Part shown: positions 1 through 8,528 of the stretch, in pieces
Numbering within the stretch: the first letter of the stretch is position 1
How the letters are laid out: each line of letters begins with the position of its first letter
From: an uncultured bacterium
GTDB lineage: Bacteria > Bacteroidota > Bacteroidia > Chitinophagales > Chitinophagaceae
Reading direction: 5' to 3'
Length of the DNA stretch: 45,896 nucleotides
Assembly: GCA_903894575.1 (NCBI GenBank)
Contig: CAITQQ010000242.1
Span: 1 to 45,896, forward strand
Program-made: the position numbers and the translations under genes
The notes under the pieces: generated by a model
What the model was told of the DNA's origin: nothing
Database searches by the model: none
Seen by the model: the letters and a program-made list of their open reading frames with translations, nothing else

Positions 1-3000
1 GCTTCCATTTGTCACCATTTTATTTTTTTCTCTGACTGCTTCATCGCAGCCATTGAGCAACCTGCGTCAAAAAACAATCAGCACAGCTGGCCAATCCATC
101 CGGTTGGACAGCTTTAGCATCGTACCCCATTCAGTCAAGATCAGCAATGTTAACCCATCAGATTATAGCATAGACCATCCTTCTGCTATGTTGTTTTGGA
201 TCAGGAAACCCAGTCAGCAATTGGTTTCGATTGAATACAGGGTCTTTCCATTTTCCCTTACTGCTGCAACCCGGCGCATGTCCTTCGACAGTATTTTCTA
301 CCGGTTCAATATCCCCGGGAACCAACTCACCGGAAAAAAGGGATCAGACCGGCCGATAGACTTTGGAAAAATCAATTCCAATGGCAGTCTAGGAAGATCG
401 CTTTCTTTCGGTAACAGGCAGGATGCTGTATTCAATTCAAGCCTCAACCTGCAGCTGAACGGATACATGGGTGACAGCATCCTGATCAATGCCGCGATTT
501 CGGACAACAATATTCCCATTCAACCAGATGGCAATACCCAGAACCTGAATGAGTTTGACCAGGTCTACATCAGGTTTTCAAAAGACAAATGGAAGCTAGC
601 CGTTGGAGACCTAGACATCAGGCAGTCTGACCTCTATTATTTGAATTTTTACAAAAGGTTGCAAGGCCTTTCTTTTGAAACAGAAAACCGCATCAATGCA
701 AAAATGAACAACAGCCTCTTGGCCGGCGGTGCCATCGCCAAAGGCAAATTCACCCGAAATGTCTTTCAGGGTATTGAGGGCAACCAGGGTCCTTATCGCC
801 TGAAAGGCGCCAACCAGGAACAATTTTTTATTGTATTGGCAGGAACTGAGCGGGTTTTTATTGATGGCCAAATGATGCAAAGGGGAGAAGATCAGGATTA
901 TACCATCAATTACAATACTGCTGAAATCACTTTCATGCAGAAGCAAATGATTTCAAAAGACAAAAGGATTCAGGTTGAATTTGAATATGCCGATCGCAAT
1001 TACCTTAACACTCAACTCTTTTTCAACAACAAACTGCAAGTCAATAAAAAGCTGGAAGTTTCAGTGGGGTATTTCGGTAATGGTGATGCCAGAAATTCCC
1101 CCATCAACCAAACCCTTGATGCCAACCAAAAGCAGTTCCTGTCTGATGTTGGAGACAATACGCTCAATGCATTTTATCCCTCAGCTGTTGCAGACACATT
1201 TTCCACCAGCAATATACTTTACCAAAAACGGGACTCCACCTTTGCTGTTGGCAAGAAAGCCACCGTTTATGTTTACCAACCTGCCAAGAGGAGCGACTTG
1301 TATTCCCTTTCTTTCATAGATGTGGGTGCAGGTGCAGGAAACTATGTGATTGATCCTTTTGCTGCCGCCAATGGAAAAGTATACAAGTGGATTGCTCCCA
1401 ACCCACAAACCGGAGCCAAATCGGGCAACTATGAGCCTGTGGTTTTATTGGTTGCACCCAAAAAACAAAGCCTTGTTTCAGTGGCCACCACCTGGAACAT
1501 GAACGAGCAAACCCAGCTTGTGGCAGACATGGCTGTGAGCAGATTTGACCTGAACCGTTTTTCTTCAAAAGACAAAAGCAATGATGATGGGTTTGCTGCC
1601 AGGCTGATTTTGAAAAACAAAAAAATGTTGCAGGAGAACAAGGGCCTGAGTTTGCAGTCAGACCTCAACCTTGAATATGCATCCGCTAACTTCAAACCTG
1701 TTGAAAGGCTGCGCAGTGTTGAGTTTACGCGGGATTGGGGGCTTGACTTGATGGTAGGTGCCGCAACAGAAAAAATCCTGAATGCCACCTTTTTGCTTGA
1801 AGACAAGCAGTCCCATCAACTGAGATATTTGATTGGATCTTATGCTCGAAATACTGATTTCAATGCCAGTCGTCATCAACTCGAACATCATCTCAATCAA
1901 AAGGGATGGATCATCAACAATCATATCGCCATCACCAGTTTCAAAGATGAAATGAAAAATGGAAATTTTTTCAGGCCTACATTATCTCTCGCAAAAAGAA
2001 TTTCCAGCCTGAGTGGCAGGGAAATTGGACTAGGCTATAGCAATGAGAACACTGTTTCTCGGTTCAATGCAAATGATTCAATTACCCCTGGTAGCTTTGC
2101 TTTTTCTACTTTTCAGATCTACACCCAATCTGACCCCACCCAACTGAACAAATGGGGCATTAAATATTTTACCCGTTCTGACGAACTGCCTGATGGTAAA
2201 CAAATGTTACAAAAAGACCATAGCAATAATCTTAATGTCAATGGAGAATGGATGTCTAACGAGCACCATCAGGTGCGGTTCAATGCCACCTACAGAAAAT
2301 TGAATCTTGCCGGTCCATTGGCTGATGAAAGCATGCTCGGAAGGCTGGAATATTTTGCTGATGTATGGAAAGGCGCCATTACTGGAAATACCTTGTATGA
2401 ATTGGGTGGCGGACAGGAGCCCAGAAGGGATTTTACCTATATTGAAGTGCCCGTTGGGCAAGGAGAGTATACCTGGATTGATTTCAATAACGATGGCATT
2501 CAGCAACTCAACGAATTTGAAGTGGCCAAATTCCGTGATCAGGCCAAATTCCTCAGGATTTTTACACCCACCAATGAATTCATTCGTTCCAACAATCTTC
2601 AATTCAATTATAATTTGGTCTTTAATCCTTCTGTCGCCTTGGAAGGGGATGAGGGTTCAGCGATGAGGGCCTTCCTGAAAAGATTTTATCTTCAATCGGC
2701 CTTACAGGTTTCCCAGAAACAACTGGCCTCGGGAGAGCGGATCTTGAATCCTTTTAAAGGCATGATTCAAGACACCAGCCTGATCACTTTTGACCAGATC
2801 CAGAGCCATTCATTTTCCTTCAATAAATTCAGCCAAGTCTGGGGAATGGATCTCAATTTCTTGCAGTCCAGCAACCGTGCTTTTTTGTCTTATGGCTATG
2901 AAACCCGCCGCCTGCGAGATCTTTCCCTGAAAATCAGGAGCAATTGGTTTAAAATGTTCACCCTTGATCTACTTGGTAAATTGAACAGGAATATCCTTGA

Positions 3001-3427
3001 AACCCCCAATTTTGGTAACCGCAATTTCAATATCCTTTCCCAGGCCATTGAACCCAGAATTACATTTACCAAGGGAACAACACTGCGGTTACAATCTTCC
3101 TATAAATGGGATAAAAAACAAAATGCCGGGCCAGAAAATGCAATGATCAATTCCCTGAACCTGGAAGGGAAATACAACCTTGTTTCCAATACTTCCATCA
3201 CCTCTAGGATTACATTCAGCAACATTCGATTCAATGGCATAGCCGCTTCCAGCCTTGGTTATGTGATGCTGGATGGCTTACAACCTGGAAAGAATTTCTT
3301 GTGGACCATGGACCTTACAAAACGGATCAGTTCCTTTATTGAGATGTCGGTACAGTATGAAGGGAGGAGATCCGGAAGCTCAGGTTTGGTCAACATTGGT
3401 CGAGCACAAATCAGGGCCATCCTATAA
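1..3427 (+). CDS. Large uncharacterised outer-membrane (probable beta-barrel) protein, 5'-partial
   Basis: The frame is open from position 2 (LPFVTILFFSLTASSQPLSN, the tail of a signal peptide), so the real start lies upstream of the window and TTG 53 is internal. It has many amphipathic beta-strand-like segments and ends in a strand-like GRAQIRAIL. Confidence 0.75.
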   Translation, partial: LPFVTILFFSLTASSQPLSNLRQKTISTAGQSIRLDSFSIVPHSVKISNVNPSDYSIDHPSAMLFWIRKPSQQLVSIEYRVFPFSLTAATRRMSFDSIFYRFNIPGNQLTGKKGSDRPIDFGKINSNGSLGRSLSFGNRQDAVFNSSLNLQLNGYMGDSILINAAISDNNIPIQPDGNTQNLNEFDQVYIRFSKDKWKLAVGDLDIRQSDLYYLNFYKRLQGLSFETENRINAKMNNSLLAGGAIAKGKFTRNVFQGIEGNQGPYRLKGANQEQFFIVLAGTERVFIDGQMMQRGEDQDYTINYNTAEITFMQKQMISKDKRIQVEFEYADRNYLNTQLFFNNKLQVNKKLEVSVGYFGNGDARNSPINQTLDANQKQFLSDVGDNTLNAFYPSAVADTFSTSNILYQKRDSTFAVGKKATVYVYQPAKRSDLYSLSFIDVGAGAGNYVIDPFAAANGKVYKWIAPNPQTGAKSGNYEPVVLLVAPKKQSLVSVATTWNMNEQTQLVADMAVSRFDLNRFSSKDKSNDDGFAARLILKNKKMLQENKGLSLQSDLNLEYASANFKPVERLRSVEFTRDWGLDLMVGAATEKILNATFLLEDKQSHQLRYLIGSYARNTDFNASRHQLEHHLNQKGWIINNHIAITSFKDEMKNGNFFRPTLSLAKRISSLSGREIGLGYSNENTVSRFNANDSITPGSFAFSTFQIYTQSDPTQLNKWGIKYFTRSDELPDGKQMLQKDHSNNLNVNGEWMSNEHHQVRFNATYRKLNLAGPLADESMLGRLEYFADVWKGAITGNTLYELGGGQEPRRDFTYIEVPVGQGEYTWIDFNNDGIQQLNEFEVAKFRDQAKFLRIFTPTNEFIRSNNLQFNYNLVFNPSVALEGDEGSAMRAFLKRFYLQSALQVSQKQLASGERILNPFKGMIQDTSLITFDQIQSHSFSFNKFSQVWGMDLNFLQSSNRAFLSYGYETRRLRDLSLKIRSNWFKMFTLDLLGKLNRNILETPNFGNRNFNILSQAIEPRITFTKGTTLRLQSSYKWDKKQNAGPENAMINSLNLEGKYNLVSNTSITSRITFSNIRFNGIAASSLGYVMLDGLQPGKNFLWTMDLTKRISSFIEMSVQYEGRRSGSSGLVNIGRAQIRAIL

Positions 3428-3456
3428 AAAAGCCGCGTGCAAAATTTGCACACGGC
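3426..3456 (-). terminator. Intrinsic terminator between convergent genes
   Basis: On the minus strand GCCGTGTGCAAA-T-TTTGCACGCGGC forms a stem with one G-U pair, followed by T6 (A6 at 3426-3431 on +). It may also act weakly on the + strand. Confidence 0.75.
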
Positions 3457-3478
3457 CTGTTTATCTGAAAGTTTGGTT

Positions 3479-4438
3479 TTACTTCAACACGGCAACTCCT
3501 TCTCCAATTTTGAAACCATTCTGGTATACAATGATGGCATAATTTCCTTTGCTATACTTGTCTGCCTGGCGAAGGTCGAAACTCACAAATTTGGCTTCGC
3601 TTTGTTTGTATTCAACATCAAGTTTGGTGGTGAAATCTACTTGCCCATCCTGCCTGGTGTTGATGGTGCCTGAAGCAAGGGCTTCTTCCTTGATGACCTT
3701 GCCTGAAGGATCTTTTGCGATGATGAAAAGCTGCTTCGCACCTGATGTGGCAATCCGGTTTTCGTCAAGATTAAAAGAAATCCTGAACTTATCTGCTCTT
3801 TTTGCAGATGAGGTACTTTTTTCCTTACCTGAATTTCTTTCGTTGATGGCCACAATATTGAAGCCTGAAGCATGAAGGGTAGAACCCACATCCACCTTGC
3901 TTTCGGCATCTTTTTTGGCAGCTTCAGTACTGGCCAAGTTGTTGCTCAGGTTTTTGTTCTCATTGGTGAGGTTGGCCTTATCAGTTGTCAATTGAATATT
4001 CTCACCTTGGAGACGCTCAATTTCCTTTACGTAATCATCAATCCTGCCATTGAGTTCACTCACAAGCTTTCTTGCTTCTGCAAGATCCGCGGATGTGGCA
4101 TTTTGCTTGCCAACAAGAGACTTGAATTTTGATTTGAGGATGCCCAGTTCATTGTTCCGCGTTTTTACCAGGCTGTCCAGCCCATTATTGCTGGCTGTCA
4201 TCTCATCCAACCTGACCATGGCATCGTCATACTCTTTCTGGACATTGTTCTTTGCAGAATCCAGGGTTGCATATTGGGCATCTTTTTCATTGATTACCGC
4301 TGTGGCCTGGTTCTTGGCATAGCCAAAATAGATCCAGGAACCAACCAGGGCAATGGCCAGCAAAATGATGATCGTGTTCTTATTGTCTTTTTTGGGTTCT
4401 GTTGAGTAACTTCCCATGTTGGGGTAATTTGTGCTCAT
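3479..4438 (-). CDS. Single-pass membrane protein with long coiled coil and C-terminal beta-rich domain (conserved hypothetical)
   Basis: 319 aa. TM segment TIIILLAIALVGSWIYFGY after a basic patch, heptad-rich region at about aa 45-180, beta-rich C-terminus. Confidence 0.8.
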   Translation of the reverse strand: MSTNYPNMGSYSTEPKKDNKNTIIILLAIALVGSWIYFGYAKNQATAVINEKDAQYATLDSAKNNVQKEYDDAMVRLDEMTASNNGLDSLVKTRNNELGILKSKFKSLVGKQNATSADLAEARKLVSELNGRIDDYVKEIERLQGENIQLTTDKANLTNENKNLSNNLASTEAAKKDAESKVDVGSTLHASGFNIVAINERNSGKEKSTSSAKRADKFRISFNLDENRIATSGAKQLFIIAKDPSGKVIKEEALASGTINTRQDGQVDFTTKLDVEYKQSEAKFVSFDLRQADKYSKGNYAIIVYQNGFKIGEGVAVLK

Positions 4439-4605
4439 GGTTCAAATGATTAATGGTGAAAGTTCGGCGCTAATTGATAATTTCGTGCGCAGTACAAAGA
4501 AAAAGAATTTCTTTGCTTTAAATGATGATGTACTTGTTAAAAAAACCAATGTGCATCATATTTGGTCAATTTTCATTTTGTGATCTATTTTTTAATATCA
4601 TTTGA

Positions 4606-5610
4606 ATGAATACAGAACAGATCATATCAGATTGGAAAAGAGGAGCATTTCATCCAGTGTATTGGTTGGAAGGGGATGAGTCTTATCATATCGATAAACT
4701 TACTGCATTTGCAGAACACGATATCCTCCCTGCAAATGAGGCTGAATTCAACCTTACCATTTTTTATGGTCGGGATTCAAAAGTGGAGGATGTACTCAAT
4801 GCCTGCAGGCGTTATCCCATGTTTGCCGAAAAGCAGGTTGTCATCCTCAAAGAAGCCCAACACCTCAAAGAAATTGACAGGCTTGAATCTTATCTGGACA
4901 ATCCCCTGAAGTCCACCATATTTATCGTTGCCCACAAGGATAAAAAATTGGATGGTCGTGGCAAGCTGGCCAAAAGCCTCAAGGGAAAGGCCGTTGTCAT
5001 CACCACCAAAAAAATGTATGACAATGAGTTGCCAGAATGGGCTGCAAATATGGTTAGAGAAAAAGGTCTTGAAATTCAACCCAAGGCGCTGTTCATGCTG
5101 GTTGACCATATCGGAAATGACCTGCAGCGCATGGAGAATGAAATTGAAAAGCTGACGGTCAATCTCAAAGGGAAAAAGCAGATTGGAGAGGATGATATTG
5201 AGCAATACGTGGGCATCAGCAAGGAATTCAATGTTTTTGAACTACAAGCGGCGCTGGGTAACCGAGACCTGCCCAACACGCTGAAAATCCTGAATTATTT
5301 TGCTGCCAATCCCAAGGCTGGCCCCATCCAATTGATTCTTCCGACCTTGTATTCATTTTTCAGCAAACTTTACATTGCTGCGGCCAGCGGCTCAAAAGAT
5401 GAATATGGCATTGCCGCTGCCTTGGGCATCAAGGCCTTTTTTGTCAAGCAATACACGCAGGCCATGCAGCGCTATAGTTACAACGATATTGAAAAAGCAT
5501 TGATTCTTTTGAATCATTATAATCTTAAAAGTATAGGAATGGGGCAGGTAGACACTGAGGATTCCTCATTGATGAAGGAACTGGCGGCAAAAATCATCCT
5601 TCCGTCCTGA
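4606..5610 (+). CDS. holA: DNA polymerase III delta subunit
   Basis: 334 aa. Motifs PVYWLEGDESYHID, FNLTIFYG, YPMFAEKQVVILKEAQ, IGNDLQRMENEIEKL and VGISKEFNVFEL are typical of HolA. Confidence 0.95.
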   Translation: MNTEQIISDWKRGAFHPVYWLEGDESYHIDKLTAFAEHDILPANEAEFNLTIFYGRDSKVEDVLNACRRYPMFAEKQVVILKEAQHLKEIDRLESYLDNPLKSTIFIVAHKDKKLDGRGKLAKSLKGKAVVITTKKMYDNELPEWAANMVREKGLEIQPKALFMLVDHIGNDLQRMENEIEKLTVNLKGKKQIGEDDIEQYVGISKEFNVFELQAALGNRDLPNTLKILNYFAANPKAGPIQLILPTLYSFFSKLYIAAASGSKDEYGIAAALGIKAFFVKQYTQAMQRYSYNDIEKALILLNHYNLKSIGMGQVDTEDSSLMKELAAKIILPS

Positions 5611-6547
5611 GACTGCCCAGCAGCGCTGTGATATCTTGCTTGTCTTGTTCCAATTGTGTTTTCAAGGCTTCAAGTCCGGCAAATTTCTTCTCCTTTCTGG
5701 TGTAGGCTACCAAAGATACCTTCAATGTCTGGTGGTAGATGTCTTCATCAAAATTGAAGATATGCACCTCAATCCTTCTTTCTCTGCCATTGACAGTTGG
5801 CCTGTAGCCGATGTTCATCATACCTGTTTCGTGCCTGATTACTCCTTTCTGGTTGAGTTCCACCTTTACGGCATATACCCCAGATGCAGGAATGAGCTTG
5901 TCACTGTCGTTTAGCGCAAGATTTGCCGTAGGAAAACCAAGCGTGCGGCCAAGTTTATCGCCTTCAATCACTTCTCCCTGGAGGCGGTAAGGATAGGAAA
6001 GCAGGCTGTTCGCCGTTGTGAGATCTCCTTCCAGCAGTGCATGCCGGATATGGGTGGAACTGACCCTTGAGGCGTCCAACATTTTTTCAGGAATCTCACA
6101 AACAGTATATCCGAGAGTTTCGCCTTTTTGTTTTAGGAGTTCATAATCGCCGGTTCTTCCTTGTCCAAAACGATGATCATAACCGATGACAATGACCTTT
6201 GGATGAAAAAGATCAACCAGAAATTTATGGATATAATCATCTGCAGTCAGGGCGGAAAAGGCAGGATCGAAGGCAACAATCACCAGATGGTCAATGCCGA
6301 TGACATTGAAACGGTCGATACGTTCCTCAAGGCTGGTGAGCAAGGCGGGTGCATCAGCATTGTTCAAAATCCTTCTTGGATGCGGATGAAACGTAATCAC
6401 TACCGTTTCTCCATTATGGGCTTCGGCTTCAGACCTCAGCTTGTCAAGAATGGCAGTATGTCCTGAATGCACACCGTCAAAAGTACCTATCGTCAGCACT
6501 GCATTCCGAAAAGGGGGAAGATTGTCTATTTGAAAATGAACTTGCAT
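5594..6547 (-). CDS. ribF: Bifunctional riboflavin kinase / FAD synthetase
   Basis: Motifs TIGTFDGVHSGH, IGYDHRFG, GRTLGFPTAN, NIGYRPTV and IEVHIFNF. Start moved to ATG 6547 (MQVHF), just downstream of a -7 box. Confidence 0.95.
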   Translation of the reverse strand: MQVHFQIDNLPPFRNAVLTIGTFDGVHSGHTAILDKLRSEAEAHNGETVVITFHPHPRRILNNADAPALLTSLEERIDRFNVIGIDHLVIVAFDPAFSALTADDYIHKFLVDLFHPKVIVIGYDHRFGQGRTGDYELLKQKGETLGYTVCEIPEKMLDASRVSSTHIRHALLEGDLTTANSLLSYPYRLQGEVIEGDKLGRTLGFPTANLALNDSDKLIPASGVYAVKVELNQKGVIRHETGMMNIGYRPTVNGRERRIEVHIFNFDEDIYHQTLKVSLVAYTRKEKKFAGLEALKTQLEQDKQDITALLGSLRTEG

Positions 6548-6555
6548 AAGAAGCG

Positions 6556-6563
6556 CAAAAATA
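6556..6563 (-). promoter_or_regulatory. Bacteroidota primary-sigma -7 box for ribF
   Basis: TATTTTTG on the minus strand matches TAnnTTTG, 8 nt before the ATG. Confidence 0.55.
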
Positions 6564-6631
6564 ATCCAAATGAAAGAATACTGCTCTTCTTGTTGAAATG
6601 ATTTAAATATTGTCAATTCAGCGTTCTCAAC

Positions 6632-6639
6632 TAAATTTG
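6632..6639 (+). promoter_or_regulatory. -7 box for purM-ftsE
   Basis: TAAATTTG matches TAnnTTTG, 17 nt before the ATG. Confidence 0.6.
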
Positions 6640-6656
6640 CGCATACCGCTGAATTC

Positions 6657-7832
6657 ATGAGTTTATACCAGAAAAGGGGTGTTTCCGCCCAAAAGGAAGA
6701 AGTTCACGCAGCCATCCAGGATCTGGACCAAGGCCTATACGCCAATGCTTTTTGTAAAATTTATCCTGATTATCTGACAGGGGATGCTGATCATGTAAAC
6801 ATCATGCATGCAGATGGAGCTGGAACAAAAAGTATCCTTGCCTATTTGTACTGGAAGGAAACGGGCGATATCAGCGTTTGGCGCGGCATTGCACAGGATG
6901 CAGTGGTGATGAACCTCGACGACCTGCTTTGCATCGGGGTATATGATAACATCATTTTCAATTCTACCATCGACAGGAACAAGCACCTGATTACAGGTGA
7001 AGTGCTCAAGGAAATCATTGATGGCACCAGTGCACTTTTTGCAAGTCTTAAAGACATGGGTGTTAACATTCACTACCTTGGCGGTGAAACGGCGGATGTG
7101 GGTGATGTGGTTCGCACGGTTGCCGTCAATGGCACCATGACAGCAAGATGGCCCAAAAACAAATTGGTGACCAATGACAAAATTGCCGTTGGTGATGTGA
7201 TTGTGGGCCTATCCAGTGCGGGAAAGGCAATTTATGAAACCGAATACAACAGCGGAATAGGCAGCAACGGATTGACAAGCGCAAGGCATGACATGTTTGC
7301 CAAGGTCTATGCCGAACAACATCCTGAATCGTTTGATCCCAACCTCCCCAATGAAGTGGTCTATATCGGGAAACATACAATGACAGATCCAGTTGAGGTT
7401 CCAGGCTTCACTGTCAATGCAGGGAAAATGGTGCTCAGCCCCACCAGAACATTTGCACCCATCATCAGGGAAATATTGGAAGCTGATTTTGATGCTGTGC
7501 ACGGCATGATCCATTGCAGTGGCGGAGGTCAGACCAAATGCCTTAAATATCTTCCTGCTCCAATGCGGGTGGTAAAAGATGCCTTATTTGATATTCCTCC
7601 TGTATTTGATCTTATTCAAAAAGCCAGTGGATCAGACAACAGGGAAATGCTCCAGGTTTTCAACATGGGATGCCGGATGGAGATTTATACCAATGAAAAA
7701 GACGCCCAAAAAATGATCGATATTTCCAGGAAATTTGGTGTTGATGCCAAAATCATCGGAAGGGTGGAGGAAGCAACAGAGAAATGTCTGGATGTTTACT
7801 TGAATGACGAAAAATTTACTTTCATCCCTTAA
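6657..7832 (+). CDS. purM: Phosphoribosylformylglycinamidine cyclo-ligase (AIR synthase), Bacteroidota type
   Basis: Motifs YQKRGVSAQKEEVH, MHADGAGTKS, GGETADVGD, GIGSNGLT, HCSGGG and VFNMG. Confidence 0.93.
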   Translation: MSLYQKRGVSAQKEEVHAAIQDLDQGLYANAFCKIYPDYLTGDADHVNIMHADGAGTKSILAYLYWKETGDISVWRGIAQDAVVMNLDDLLCIGVYDNIIFNSTIDRNKHLITGEVLKEIIDGTSALFASLKDMGVNIHYLGGETADVGDVVRTVAVNGTMTARWPKNKLVTNDKIAVGDVIVGLSSAGKAIYETEYNSGIGSNGLTSARHDMFAKVYAEQHPESFDPNLPNEVVYIGKHTMTDPVEVPGFTVNAGKMVLSPTRTFAPIIREILEADFDAVHGMIHCSGGGQTKCLKYLPAPMRVVKDALFDIPPVFDLIQKASGSDNREMLQVFNMGCRMEIYTNEKDAQKMIDISRKFGVDAKIIGRVEEATEKCLDVYLNDEKFTFIP

Positions 7833-7841
7833 AGGTTTACC

Positions 7842-8528
7842 ATGAGTGAAGTAGTACTGTCCATTAAAAATGCCAACATATACCAAGGAGATTCATTGAT
7901 TCTCAGCGATGTCAATATCACTGTATCAAAAAGTGAATTCGTTTACCTGGTGGGTAAAACAGGAACAGGAAAATCCAGTTTGCTCAAGACCTTGTATGGT
8001 GAGTTGCTCCTGAAAAATGGTACAGCCAATGTTGCAGGTTTCGATCTCAAAGACCTTACCTGGAAAACCGTTCCATTTCTGAGAAGAAATATTGGGATCG
8101 TGTTCCAGGATTTTCAATTGTTGACAGACAGGAATGTGCATGATAACCTGAAATTTGTCCTGAATGCAACCGGTTGGAAAGACGATAAAGCCATTGAAGA
8201 TAAAATTGATGAAGTACTTGGAAAGGTTGGCTTGAAAACAAAAGGGTTCAAATATCCTTTTGAGCTTTCAGGCGGCGAGCAACAACGTATTGATATTGCC
8301 AGGGCACTGCTCAACTCTCCCAAGCTTATTCTGGCTGATGAACCCACGGGTAACCTGGATCCTGAAACCACAGAAGAAATCATGAACCTGCTTTTCCAGA
8401 TCAGCAAAGACCTGGGAACTGCCATCGTGATGGCTACGCACGACTATATCGTCATCAATAAATATCCAGCAAGGATGATCAGGACGGAGGGCGGAAAAGT
8501 CATCGACAATGCTAGTATAGCATCCTGA
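7842..8528 (+). CDS. ftsE: FtsE-like ABC ATPase (cell division ATP-binding protein)
   Basis: Walker A GKTGTGKS, RRNIGIVFQDFQLL, signature LSGGEQQR, ILADEPTGNLD and MATHD. No cognate permease is adjacent. Confidence 0.75.
   Translation: MSEVVLSIKNANIYQGDSLILSDVNITVSKSEFVYLVGKTGTGKSSLLKTLYGELLLKNGTANVAGFDLKDLTWKTVPFLRRNIGIVFQDFQLLTDRNVHDNLKFVLNATGWKDDKAIEDKIDEVLGKVGLKTKGFKYPFELSGGEQQRIDIARALLNSPKLILADEPTGNLDPETTEEIMNLLFQISKDLGTAIVMATHDYIVINKYPARMIRTEGGKVIDNASIAS

Noticed and set aside
6548-6658. N-terminal extensions in the ORF track (ribF; likewise pnp, lepB, csaA, kdsC, lipA, ROK kinase, GH13)
   Set aside because: The extensions run through promoter boxes or neighbouring genes. Downstream ATGs match the expected family N-termini.
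7842-8528. ftsE without adjacent ftsX as a novelty
   Set aside because: To my knowledge, unlinked ftsE-like genes are common in Bacteroidota, and the partner may be elsewhere in the genome.
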